NCBI GenBank assembly: GCA_041671045.1
Contig: JBAZCF010000002.1
Location: 213,370-277,369 of the forward strand
Source: Parachlamydiales bacterium
GTDB taxonomy: Bacteria; Chlamydiota; Chlamydiia; Chlamydiales; JABDDJ01
Direction of reading: 5' to 3'
DNA: 64,000 nucleotides
Part shown: piece by piece, positions 20,801 through 31,200 of the stretch
Numbering within the stretch: the first letter of the stretch is position 1
Layout of the letters: every line of letters starts with the position of its first letter
The notes under the pieces: generated by a model
The model's database searches: none
Told to the model about the DNA's origin: nothing
Seen by the model: only the letters and a program-made list of their open reading frames with translations
Position numbers and translations under genes: made by a program

Positions 20801-22113
20801 TTTGCTCGGACCCTAATTTTGAGCTCCTTTGGACGAATGCTTTAGGCAAAATTTTTGATGGGATAGAGGGAAGAAAAGATGCCCCAAGAATAGCTCGGGC
20901 CTTTATACAGCCCTTAGTACTGCATTATATCTCTACGGGTAAAAAAGCTGAGGCAGAGAAATTATTTAGGAAAGTCATAGATATCTTTGCCCATAAAACG
21001 CGTAGTAAGGTCGCATCTTCGAATGATCCCTTCCCTCAATGTATTGAGAGTTATTGTTGGAATGCCAATAGAAGCTTAGCTTTGAATTTAATGCTCTTAG
21101 ATATTTTGATAAACCAAACTGAGAAGACACATTTACAAACTAATATGCTCTTAGATTGGGGACATGAAATTATTTCAAGGCTAGCAAAAACTTATCCGTT
21201 AGAGGCTGAAATAGTTGGAAAAGCATTTCAAGCCTATATTTTAGCACCTTTATCTCAGAATCAACATGAACTAACATATCATTTCTCATTAGCGATGGAA
21301 GTGATGAACAAGGATGAGAGTAGAGGAATATGGGAAGCTGCTCCTAAACAAGCGGAGTACATAGCAATAATCTCTTCCATCATCAATGGTAGTGACAATT
21401 TGCCTAATGTAATGGAAGCGGAAGATTTTTATGCCCTTATGAAAGATCAAGTACAGGTTAAGAATACCTTCAGATTGGAAATTGCCTGCCGCTTTATTAA
21501 TGTGCTTATGCCACGTGTAAATTCGATTGTAGAGTCTGAAGTTGTCAATAACGTACTTCTTCCATTAGTCAATGCAGCATGCGATCTGGAAGATAACATT
21601 ATAGTCCTAGAAACAGTCGTGGATAGTGCTAATAGATATATAAATCCGAAGGATCCATTAAATTACCCTCTAGTTATTAGCATTTCGGAAGCTTTGCAAC
21701 TTCATTTTAAGAATAGCAAGGAAAGGAATGTTGAAAGTGAGAAGGCTTTAGGAAGACTTGTCATCAATTTTTTTAATAAATTCGATGTAAGTTATCTCCT
21801 TATGAAGGATTTTCTAAAGTATTATAGAGGATTAAACACTTTCATTAATTTATTTGCTAAACTTACAGATTTTTGTTTTATACAGAGCTTTACAAAACTG
21901 ATTATTCAAAAGCAGCGAGATAATTTTGACACCCATTCGGAGGAATATTCCATTCGACAATCGCTACTGATTCACTGGTGCGAAACGATCATGAATCTGC
22001 CTATGGGAAAGAAAACAATAAACTATATATTTGAAAATCCTTTACTAAGCAGTTCCTTGAGTGAAAACACTGACTTTATTCATAAACTATTGGGGTTTCG
22101 TAAAGCAAATTAG
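11863..22113 (+). CDS. Giant hypothetical protein 1 (3416 aa), paralog of the downstream gene
   Basis: This is an uninterrupted 10.25-kb frame in AT-rich DNA, where random frames close quickly. The product is Leu/Lys/Glu/Ile-rich and Gly/Pro-poor, which suggests helical repeats. It shows colinear similarity to ORF 22259..32653. I recognise no known domain. Confidence 0.9.
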   Translation: MTSIYNNNLSVNSSNFCSLDIYDPIRNIPTGAPPLILPRESSGDRGRAYALNTRLIDNTANFTNTPPPFDNSILDMEILCKNVKDYLVNTKFGTKTLIERWIAIREGAKYRSKDIPAEKKPPLPKFCIVGSTAIEVLDEENRTRIFNHAQVEALNTDFAKENLGKKSNDLDVRAIPAVTSWDENIKMLVDFLLASSSQQQRSLYYEEEWGVLENLLTEILRYTVVPTLGEYFLVRQPKVDQGIGTPKTPFLADSSNLWLEIDPDSLTPSGDNLKIKVVCGNNAHPAKALVHKAYGYFDLDPKGKNYTAPIVYCSAMVADKRTISRAKLEELISSLILVWKIKKADQIAVTLRNVVQSHHKQSVDEALAVVLLKLECAINALNVEGKPPVISSALFQEVWRNLFLNNERNGNSLLEVILKLRLDSKCPAELINAFLTVVGAAYLAMPYDGLNYDENEVIYTEQEGVPSAQFKVGTDVYLHLPLDFEKAVEVIEKYYLANAREIPSEVSTLVFGLLEKICDNELFDGFGPSRLYQFKTKIPSSFTDVKVALQTWSESPSPVLRAAAAHMWAVYSELGDAEAMKSLFLHDMLNLDDKIRNYIILKILCVQSPETQWGLIEHECERQNIPHALAATRKPELCRLAMEMQQKKVSKSFFHLLLEADAAAALDYLDRIKDEEEAKALTEVFIDKCFQKAPREILQAKFEVLYAIAPHNSHVIRFCISDRQDMLADLLVKVRDNSVGMNKHDLFECCLKAVSLPKTDKMTIIEILESEKESLADLWQRCEKEIILPIAMELLSSEDIAFVEAGKNLKEQLKKELSNAELAPLLDPAFKIHYRLVSLESTVRLKKSDEAVKKLFKLAAMPLDAAAKVRLEAAALSLTTHLISEISTPHAVELLARIFVNPDLKTFDKIHRSIWIGCSAYIIQSKEATEDKYSKSIPALLQISLKWLEITPSIHKTELKNHTDSLLALLSLLQKLPVNIPQVILLYRALSNHTQIKIKFHSIELTGLNLIHFFETALKEKYLDLAGFALNKLLTDSKEMKFLESSPHSLKRRLIRSFARQWKNDPSQLKQAANWLKSSNRIFLGDSIWLGCVCRWLHEVNRLQDHIGSEVVEKVIKEWMDYVRNNKEHVDPSKNTVLVLTLLSLLEKPNYSNLKSLFTQDILLVMYCSLSLRHSAQRNAMQKLHSLALSVGAILSSNVDSPKNNVFLIQVFRRLWKEEKFKEALLIFEQFANAFNEKGQKIASSMAFEILECIELMEGNACTECILELLIKLKDSVEGSSTHAYWKYCFKSLFRFSCAKENFVLAAKICLFSDDLKDLTDAVIKGLLVKLDLQKFDYINQLLKKNPHKCSLQMWKQIWVIGTSKKLYAELLECYPLFSVSYPFKGGDPLLEEIYALVLNVLFLQESPLLPLFLNANLQQLEQMSLRSTTNSSLRLHLSQLLLDRLLTGEYVEGQGKRIWSLWLNLKQLPLDVNITEKYAASLFAYSFKHRDDFLIENILEHYKERIKSDPASVRKKYEEQLNALEHWPEHFNTKFYLFLFILYVNAGQMVSYDVTLNWLLRHVENKEAGFFTFYLFSQFSKFYPLQCANFIEQNSQKFDALIDVLACSEQNFNEIYSILAQIYQSDAIAKDKYGKLLSKLFSLHFVLDENNPNPLCVDRERMDKFLDSAAHLTQSSEYKDYYTSSVITTCRILTSKEDLSVFLNYSNRIINLIDVKAPDQNLVTTFVLQISQAVQSRMLTREQRTVANSVLMLLLKCFAEVKCVLDNGTLELVYDTIEHLVLSSSFENPVNVEKILPLLNILKRDPMLLIALEIFSQDSSFILKKYDNKQILSGIKYLFIKAAHADPVPFGVLFGIIKRYSNVKDILKDNADEQISLLEHLYLFGSSVDEILLVLNYINNNQHVLGERWSSGNKSKALGLHFICLRKFLNVNSSHFTSLQISYEQLISAFQAFHRLIKKDFFVLNSNDTSNRELFHNFASMTLDTMKFCLMNSTSFNDKQSELIQFILNNIYHLCVKPISRSQFLREDMELSKKLLTICVEVTAIAERCGGINRNWLCGVYIQGSIIQHPLDIFPFLSNEARDYAIIHFLKVYSAETALREAFDYCDRSESKESMLLCLDYISRIVLEVNQSNDCNDIPDELRQRHKDLLLAIVKQSLTLNERKSHLVHLTTLSNKGYFKQDIEAVHETILNAMEILILEEEKGFCSTLIKLMDGFEFWLKEPIRNEKVAFCIKNKGVIFGNEFVKETLCKTITAFVEHQVKTQQEAYLSWITSFLFLMDDLSERNRVIRLCVQGALLNEQYEYALIFINILKDDFGDADKKSVDTVFTMLLRSPIFAGSTEILFSTQLVYLLTHPVYQNIFQRYSLSLEILTLLRLRAMRDGENGNVANDILEKMLLRTIKSDIEKRALKKALSKEYMDTLVDTLGMITEQKNKRKERELDSDELQVYKEIFVLLWNNTSQTIRDNSLLLLTLGFCTKETLDSLDDKVKDLIKRSLLTYLKTVFKDKKTTRLKEFKDILDEIFLQDLCDIKTLIFGIEFYYEMAEAFYKQGLVPDTFMWLDKYLSAYQETNFENLPSDIHKKVDFIFHLSLKHKEWFTLCTLVDLIEKTHPEKQAKAYFKKVQNFTSLEESLSFVKELDEMKWIADIFPVKSLLQKYLRPDSLKDITLIFEIVELYKIFDASIWNEILLIIQKCNVENIDSNVIQLIQRISMERKFADNLSLQARLFSALLTVFNKSKIHLELPLEITEENLDKLAAHSSEIKAEVLENGSYLKAYNAETLNRLLNILLNNPAFSRYDGMYLRQIIQANDMETIVKALRLVQRHLQDQDPKIFLQMYALLLKRALDIVKQGNTVTKEFLKVTKQINAILMKSTQITPLFFTYVVSLAGFGYDKLYYEAVELFDFTLEYVQSSLLMNELKRFNEAKESIFQALSQTGAPLVVCKVWGKAKDKGLIAKEEYENGMILILELVLKCHVSPFCSDPNFELLWTNALGKIFDGIEGRKDAPRIARAFIQPLVLHYISTGKKAEAEKLFRKVIDIFAHKTRSKVASSNDPFPQCIESYCWNANRSLALNLMLLDILINQTEKTHLQTNMLLDWGHEIISRLAKTYPLEAEIVGKAFQAYILAPLSQNQHELTYHFSLAMEVMNKDESRGIWEAAPKQAEYIAIISSIINGSDNLPNVMEAEDFYALMKDQVQVKNTFRLEIACRFINVLMPRVNSIVESEVVNNVLLPLVNAACDLEDNIIVLETVVDSANRYINPKDPLNYPLVISISEALQLHFKNSKERNVESEKALGRLVINFFNKFDVSYLLMKDFLKYYRGLNTFINLFAKLTDFCFIQSFTKLIIQKQRDNFDTHSEEYSIRQSLLIHWCETIMNLPMGKKTINYIFENPLLSSSLSENTDFIHKLLGFRKAN

Positions 22114-22258
22114 AATATGTATTAAAAATATTTTATTTTTTGTTTTTGCGCTCTATGCCCAATATATTCATTGGGATATCGCAAATTCTTCTAATTTGTG
22201 AATTAATTTAAGTCTAGTTTAAGATAGATTGCATTTTAATTGTCATTAAAAAAAATAA

Positions 22259-25200
22259 ATGTCTTCGCCTAGATTTCAAAATCCTGTGTCTTTAAGTGCT
22301 ATCGAAGCATTACCTACCCCTCTTCGCATAGAGGAACTTCCCGACACTCCAGAACCGGAACAAGTATTCATTGTTTGTGGAGAGACTGAGGAAGATGAAC
22401 TAAGGGCTTTTGCTCGTAATTCAGGCTGTGTCGATGAGGAATATTGGCTTATCGGTCCGGTAAAAAAATTCGATCAAGATATCTTAGATATTGCTTACAT
22501 TACCCAAGCCCTGCAGAAAAAACTATTAACCCCGATAAAAAAAGGCAGTGGAACAACGACCAATGCTGAAATTTGGGAATCGCAGTATCTCAATGCTGAA
22601 GCTCGGGCTACCCCGATAACTGAATTCGCCGTGGCGGGCAGCACCGTCATCGAACTTCTGGGTCCTGATAATCGTGTTCTCATCTTAAAAGACGGCGGTG
22701 CTCAGGCATTATGTGTTCCCAAAATTCTCGAACAATTAGATCTTAAGCCTTCCGATTTTGACGGTCGAAGCATCTCTTCGACGGAACAATGGGATGAGAA
22801 GGTACGTCTTGTTGTTGATGCTATCTATATCCATGAAACTCCTGAGGAAAGAAGATCGCTCTATGCAATGAATTACGCGCTATTAAAGAAGAAAATCAAA
22901 GAGGATTTCAAGCTAGATGTCAGAGGAAAAGGCTCTGACTATACACACATTGCCTTTGAGGGTGTAGACCAGGTCAATAAGGATAAGCGTGGCCAATTTT
23001 GTTTATTTTCCTATTCGAACATACAAATAAGGGTTGTCGGTAGTTCTGTCACTAAAGCGGCTGACAAGTTACAAATAAAAATTATCTGTGAAGGAGGCGC
23101 CCACCCTGCCCAAGCCCTTATCCACAAATCATTAAAAATTACTCATACCAAGTCTCCTGAAGAGAAAGACTATCGCGGTGCTCTGGTATACAGTTCAAAT
23201 CTAGTACAGGAAAGTATCTGCCCTAATGCCACGGTTTTTTCCAAGCATCTGAAGGTATTCCAGTCCTTCTGGAAAACGTGCTTATGGAATATGCCCTATC
23301 CTGCTGAAACAGTGATCTATCTCATTGGGAATATTTCAAGTTCGCATAATAGCTCGCCTCTATTTGCTAAAGTGGGAATGTTATTAAAATTAGAATCTGA
23401 ATCGCCTGAAGAGCTGACAGAACCATTTTTACAGGTTTGGAAAAAAACTTTTATCAAATCGAAAGAGCATTTGTATGGAATTGCGAAAGATATTTGTTTG
23501 GGAAGAATTGACAGTGAAGTATCTGCAGTACATTTGAAGGCTGTATTGGGAGTATTAGGAGTACTTCATTTAGGGATGCCTTGCCATCAGAAGACGGGAG
23601 CAGGGGCAAATGTGGTATATACGGAAGTGGAGAAGAAGCCTACAGTGCGCTATTTGCTGTGTAATAATACTTACCTGCATATTCCGCTAGAATTAGAGAA
23701 GTCTATCCAAACGATAGAGGCACTATACATCAAGTGCAAGCAGGACAATGACCTAAGCAAGTTTAATGCACTATCACAGTTATTCATAGGACATTTTGAT
23801 GCTGAGAATTATTCAGGACGCGGTAAGTCATCCTTAAGCAAGTATGCGCCCCTTAAACCTGAAGAATTCGCCCTCTTACGGACTCAGCTTGAAACTTTTC
23901 TTTCTTCTGAAAATCTTTTTCTTTGCCAAATAGCATTTGCTATTACAGCCGTTTTTGCTCTGCATGAAAATACTTCAGCAGGGAAATTTTTTATAGAAAA
24001 GGCGTTCCCTTGGCTTAGTAAAGATACATTTATTCGATGCTTAATGGAGAAACTATTGTGCATGAATGCACTTCCTGCCTGGGAGAAGGAAGTGGAGGCT
24101 TTTTGTAAAAATGCAAAATGGGGATCAGCCCTTGCTGCAGCAGATAACTCAGAATTCCATTCCAAAGCTATCTCATTCGCAAGCGAAGATGAAATTGAAG
24201 AAGTGTTCAATATCCTGGTACAAACAGCACCGGAAGAAGCCGTACGATTTTTAAAATTAACCTCGAAAGACCCTGAGAAGACAGAATTGGTAAAAAAACT
24301 AGTTTCATTGTCTATCGAGAAACTTCCTCTCACCACAGCTTCTACAGATTTTCCCTTTTTTTCATCTTATTTAGATGATTTACAGCTTCTCTCATTTGTA
24401 GATCAAAAACCGGAACTCTTACACGAGGTTTTTTCACATCGCAAAAGTTATACTATAGGCTTACCGGTGCTTCTAAAACTAGCCAAGAATGCACTTCTTG
24501 TTCCTAGTATTGATAAGTTGGCGGTCATAAACAGTTTTGATATCGCCTTATTAAAAGATGAAAAACTCTGGGCCGCCTATTGTAGCGAACTGCTACATCC
24601 TATTATCTTTGAATTGCTTTCAAGCAACATTCCTCAAAAGATCCAGGAAGGGAAAAAATTAAAGAAGAGCATTTCAGAAGGAAATTCTCCCCCTCTAGAA
24701 GTTGAAAAAACTCTCATAGACTTTAGGCTATTCTGTATTGAAAACTACCTAACTGCAGGGGATCTAATTTCCGCCATAAAGGGTTTATCCAAGCTAGCTG
24801 GAATCTTGATGAATCCTACTTCCTCTGCCTGCTATGAGAGGTATTTAAAAGAAGCCATTGTACAAACATTGCACTCGGAAAATGTATTTTTACAAAGGGT
24901 GCTGCTTACGCTGATAGTAGAATTAGATGGGAAAATAAAAGAGAAGGCTATCGATTGGGTTTGGGATAGCTTAGATAAAACGTTTTTCAAAGAAACAAAG
25001 GTTAAGACATGGAGCTCAGACCACATTGCTCAAGCTCATTTTTGTGCTGAGATCGCTGTATTATGGCTGAGAAATCATCCTGAAATCCCAGATCCGGTTA
25101 TTAATTATACTTTTGTTAAAATACAGACAATCTGCGAGGCATTTGGAAAAGCGCCCCAATTTAAAAGCGAATTATGCGCAAACTTTCTGCAGGCTTTCCT

Positions 25201-28200
25201 AACACACACACAATTAGAAAATAAACCTTTAAAGCTTCATTTGGATGTGCCCAAAAAGGAAATAGTACTTAAGGTACTCTTGAAAAACCATTGGGATATT
25301 GCCGCAAGCTTGCTTATAAAGCTCACCCCCCTGAAAGACTTTAGTCCTGTGATTTCTCAGCTGGCTTTTAAACTAGCGCGTAGATGGGCGAACCTGCCTA
25401 AGGCTTCTGTGTACCTGTTGTATGCATTACAGTGGATATCTGCAGAAAATGCCCCTGCTCAATTAGGTATGAACTGTTGGCTTAAATGTGCAACTCGTTG
25501 GCTTAATGCTGCGCATAAGAATAAAGTTTCAAAAGAACATTGTGAAAGAGTCGTTCTGAGTATTTTAAAAGGAGTTGCTGCTTCAGCCAACAAAGAGGAA
25601 AAACAAATTGGATTAGCTACGTCAGTCATTGTGGGTGAAAATCTTAAGCATATCAGAGAGGTAAATCTCAAAAAGCTATCTCCGAACCATTTTGTCCCTT
25701 TCGCCGCAGCGCTGAAAAACCAACTAATAAATGGACGTAGACGGAAAGCCTTTTTTTCCTATTTAAAGTGTGTGCATATGCTAAAGGGAAATATTTTTTC
25801 TTTTCCGGCAAACTTGAAACAGTTGAATGTGGATCTAGAAAGAAGTCCGTACTCGTTTATGGTGGTTGATAGCTTTGAAAAGGCTTTGGAGGAATGTCAC
25901 AAGCCTCTTCAACTCAATGAGGTGGCCGAGAAAGCCCCCGACTATTTGAAATCATCCTCGAATGTAGAGTTTCTATTAGAGGTATTTTACTTTTCATGGC
26001 ATAGAAAGCACTTTTCCCAAGCTTTCCTATTTTTGGATCTTGTTATTGCTCTAAGTATAGCGCCAGGTTTTGCAGCTTCGAATAAGTTCAAACAGGATTT
26101 GTTTGAAGTCATCGGACTATTTGACAGCAGCCAATATAGCCATACTATCAGGCTCTTGACGCTTTTAAAAAGTTGGTTTAATCACCCTCATCTCGAGTTA
26201 ATCATCCAAGAAAATTTTGACGCAGCACTTAATGCCGGCAAAGTAGGCGAAATACAGGCGTTATTTGAACTGAAAAGTGATTCGCAGAACTTCAAGAAAT
26301 GGGTAGATCATTGTCTAGAAAACTTTACAAAAGAGAATTTTGATTTGTTAAGTAAGCAAATGCCAGCATTTGCTGAGCATGTTTCCCTTCAACACTGGAC
26401 AAAACTATGGTGTAAGCTCATCGAGAGAAAAAAAATCCAGGGGTTTGTAGAAGGTTTCATAACGTTCTCAAAGAAATTCCCTTTAGATTTAAATGAGGAT
26501 AAAATCCTAGCGGCTTATGCTCCTGCGCTTGAATATATTTTCTTCCAAAGCAAGGATAACTTTGAGAAATTTTTACAGATCCATCCTGAAGCCATAGAAC
26601 TTTCTTTTAATGAATCACTTTCTAAAAATTTACGTTTAATATTGATTGAACATGCCTTCAGAAATCCTACAGATTTCAATTTGTATTTAACAAGGCTCTG
26701 GAACCTCTATGTAATAATTCAAACGAATAAAACAACAATCATTAATTACATCGAGGATTTGTTTCATCCTGCCCTGGAATTGGGCAGCCAAGATTTTTCA
26801 AACAGCCTATTTGCTACCCTATGTTCCCATCTCAACGATGATAATGTAGGGCCGCTTCCCCACAAATGTGCACAATTACTTTCATCTATAAACAAGTGGC
26901 CCGAAAATTTCCAAAGTTCCCTTTACCGTCTTTTACAGGCATTAAATCGTTTTGTGATAGCAGACTCGACCTATCAATTGCCTGCTTTGAGATGGCTTCT
27001 ACGTTTTGAACAGTCGGAGATGTTATCTCAGGAAACCTTCTTGATACTTCATCGTTGTGTGCCAATTTGGGAAAGTCTTAGCTTGATCATAAGAGATGAG
27101 CAGACAAAAGTTTTGGCTCTCATAAATCACTGCACAAAGAAAGCGGAAAACTTCGTACCTCTGATCCAAATACTAAATCGATGTTTTAAAGAAGGGTTAC
27201 TTCCTAATGAAAATGCTCAGAGTCTTATTTTTGACCTATTGCAAAGTGCTAGTGAAAATAGCACTTATACATTTGAAGAGAAGATCACCGCCTTATCCTG
27301 TTCATCTAATGCTCTACTGCATCATCCTGAATTAGCCGATTGCTATGTTAGAAGGGGATTAGGGTGGTTGGTCAATGTATGTGAATTGAAACAGCCCTCG
27401 GCATCTTTCTGTACTTTATATGCCCTATTGTATACTTCATTTGAAAACTCCTTATGGGAGCATATTCTCTTCGAAGAAGTATTAGAAAAGTTATATGAGA
27501 AATTGAATCTCCCTGAAAATTCAGACGATGATAGGGATAAGTCTATTGAATGTATACAAGAGGTTTTTTGCTTTCACCTTGCTAGAATTAGCAGCATATC
27601 TGCTTCTGACAACAGCTGGCTAAAGCATGCCATAGAAATTTATATTATCAAATTAGTTAAACTACACGAAAAATTCAGTTTAAGAAATATTTCATCCTTT
27701 ATCAACTCGCTCTCAGGATTTAAGTTATATTCTCCTGATGAACTCAAAAAAGCTTTATCAGCCTTCCATCTTGTATTTGATCGCTTCGCCTGGAATAAAA
27801 ATAAGCTAGAGACTATAGAAGAGGATCCTGTTGATCAAGGAATAAACTATCTTGCAGATGTGATATGTCTTAGATATACGACTGAAGCTCCTATCTTCTT
27901 TGACACACTTTTTCACGGGGTCTATATCCTGGATTTATATGGAAAAAACCCTGATAAACTTTGTTCTTTCTATAAGAAAATTATATCTTCTTTCCATTCT
28001 TTAGAGCTTCTTTCCTCTTTCATCGAACACTTAACTCCACAGGGACATGTTTTTGGAAAGGGTTTTACTGAATTTAGTTGTTTAAGAGCACTTGACGTAC
28101 ATTTGAATGTTTTCGAAAAATTTAGCGATCATGTGAATTCTGTGCAGGAAATAGATGCAAAGGGGATTCTGAGTCTTTTCACTACTCTTGCAGGTTATTT

Positions 28201-31200
28201 CACTAAAATATTGAGTTTGAAATTAAGTATCACTCATCCGGAGATTGATACATCGATTTTATGGAAAAATTATTTAGCAATAACAAAACACTTTTTGGAT
28301 GTCCTTTCAGCCCTTATTAAAAGAGACACAGATTCTACCTTACGTTCTAAGGTCAGCTATGAAATCTCTGAATTATGCATCATGCCGGTACTTAGGACAA
28401 TTTCAAATAGCAATGGAATAGAGGAATCAAAGGAGCAGCTTAGAAATGTATTTGTGAGCTTATATGAGATGGGATTGTATTCAATTTTAGAAATGGAAAT
28501 TAGCACAATATTATCACCTCAGTCACATCTTTCTTGCAGGCCTTTTTTTGAATCTCCACTATCCGCACTTTTCTATTTGCCACAGTCTATGCCAGTGCAT
28601 ATTGCCAAAGCAGTTTTAACTTTCCAGGACCAGGCTTCAGCAATTACACAAGCACTGAAAAGAAATGAACCTCTGTGTGGACCGGAGCTTCCTTTTGAAC
28701 AAACCCTAAAGTTTGTAAACTACCTATTTACCTTGGCCTTAGAACGAGATAGCTTAGATGACACTAGCGCTCGAGCAGTCATTCACTATGTTCAAATATT
28801 GCTTACGAGACTGGATGCAGAACATCAATTACGTCTTATAAAAGAGATTTTTCCTTTCATTTATGAAAATAAAAACCATCTTTTCATAGCATACTCTGAA
28901 CAGCTTCTATTGGAAATATTAAGCCTTTGCTTAGGCTTGAACTCTCCTCAAAACACAATACAAGAATTATTAGGGATAATTCTTATCAATTTAGAGATCA
29001 AAAATACCGATAGGATGAGGCAATTAGAAAGTTTACTTGTAAGGGCTTTAATTCATATTTATTCCGGGGAGAAAGAATTATCTCCACACAAGTCTTTGCC
29101 CTTGGTTATAACTTCTTTTTTAGATGCTCATTGGGATTTGGAGGAATTTTCACAAAACCTATTGCTGCTCTATCTCATACCACTATTGGATCGGGAAGAA
29201 CAGCAAAGACAATGCCAGCAAGGCCTTTCTTCTGCCATAGCCGTCCGCGATCCTTTCAATGGGATGTTACTTATCGCTCGTTTTGCAGAGATGGACGTTA
29301 TTCTTCCTGAAGATCATGTCACAGCAATATTTGAAATTCTTATCTATCAGTTTTGGGCCAAAAATGTTTCCTCAGATCTATTTACTCAGGTGTTAAGAGA
29401 TATTTTTAATTCGATTGAGGTAGAGCATCACCGAAAAATATTGAATTGCATCCCTGTGGATATATGCAGGCACTATTACTATGCACTTAAGGGTCTTTCA
29501 AATGAGAACAACGCTATCAGAGATCTCTTAGCTAAATTTGAAGAATACATTATTTTAAAAGAGCTCACCGGCATTAAAGCCCTAAGAAAAACTTGTACTA
29601 ACCCTTCTAACGATGTCGCCTTAGAATATTTAGACATCCTCATTGAATGTACGGATTTCGTAGCAGAATCTACAAGTAGCACTGTTGAGCTTTTAGCAGG
29701 GTCTTTGCTGAGAGAGTTTATTACATGGAACTTTGAACCAAGAACTTTAGATAATATACTGAATTGGTTTTGTGCTGATTCACCGAATTTTGTCTTGGAA
29801 CTATTCGATGAAGATTCTTTGAATATCCTTGTGAAACTTATTAAGCAGAGGATTGCGAAATTACATCACGATAATGAAATGGATATTGATGATTTCATCA
29901 CCGTAATAAATGAGAAATGGCAGACCCCCCAGAGCTTTTTATTTATTGGCGATTCAGCCTTAGTATCCTCTCTCTCTGTTATTGCGCAAGAATTAATCGT
30001 TCATGGATTTGTTAAAGAAGCATTCAGTATATGTAGAGACTTGATTGAAGCGTTTGATGAGTTGTCCCCGGTATTAATGAACAACCTTCTTTTTAATTTA
30101 TCGGCAAAGGCAGTGGAAATTTATTCCACACCTGATCGGGGGCTTGAATTTTTAACAATAATTGCTTTTGTTGAAGATTTTCATCCCCAAAATCTGAGGG
30201 AAATCATTGATTTTCTTTGGAGTAGGGCCAGTATTTCTACTGATTGTTCGAATGCATGCATGATGGGGATAGCTTTTCAATCCGATGAAGTATTTAGAAA
30301 TCAGTTTCCAGCTCAAGAATATGTGAAAAGGTTTATACTTGAATATTCTCAGAACGAAGATATGCTTTGCGATGCGGCTGAGTTGATCGAGCTATATGAG
30401 ATTTCTGATGAGAAAATTTGGCTCCAACTTTTCGGATTTGGGGCTTTGGCAAAGAAAAAATCAAATATCGAAGCTTTAAGGAGTTTGATTCTTTTTGCCG
30501 AAAATTCCTCCCACATTTCGCTTCCACCCTATACTTATGCAGACTGTCTTATTGCTCTGCTGTTTGCGTCTAGCGAAGCTAAATACCCATTGAAATGGAG
30601 CTGTACGTATTTAGAATATGCAACGAAATTCTGCAAACTTGACATTGACATTTCACGGAAACAACATCTTCTGGTCTATTTACTTTATAATTCCACTTTT
30701 GCAGTGGAGACTCCTTCAAACAATCTTGTGCAATTTTTCGCGGTGAGGAATTCAATTCATGAACTTAAATTGCATGGCGGGGCAGGAGACTTAGCAACTG
30801 TAGACAAGTTTTTAATGAGACAAGCTCTTTCACCGGGCCATAATCAAGAGGTTCTTACCTCAGCTTTTTCATTTTTGAACCTAAAACAAATGGAAGGAGA
30901 GAATGCTGACAATATCATCAACTGGTACATTCTACTGATTATACGTTTAAAAGAAGTTTTAAAAGAGGAAGAACAACTCTCACCGGCATTGTCAACAGCC
31001 TATCGATTTCTAGTAGGATATTTAAAACGCCATATGTCTCTTTCAAAAGCCATATCTTTAGCCCACCAATTTGCAAAACTTCTTCGTGCCGACTTTAATG
31101 ACGATGTGGTTATTTTCGTTACGCATGCTGCGCAATGTGGTGCAACAAAAGAGACCTTTACACCTGATATAAGACAGCAATTCTTCGAGATGATGTGGTC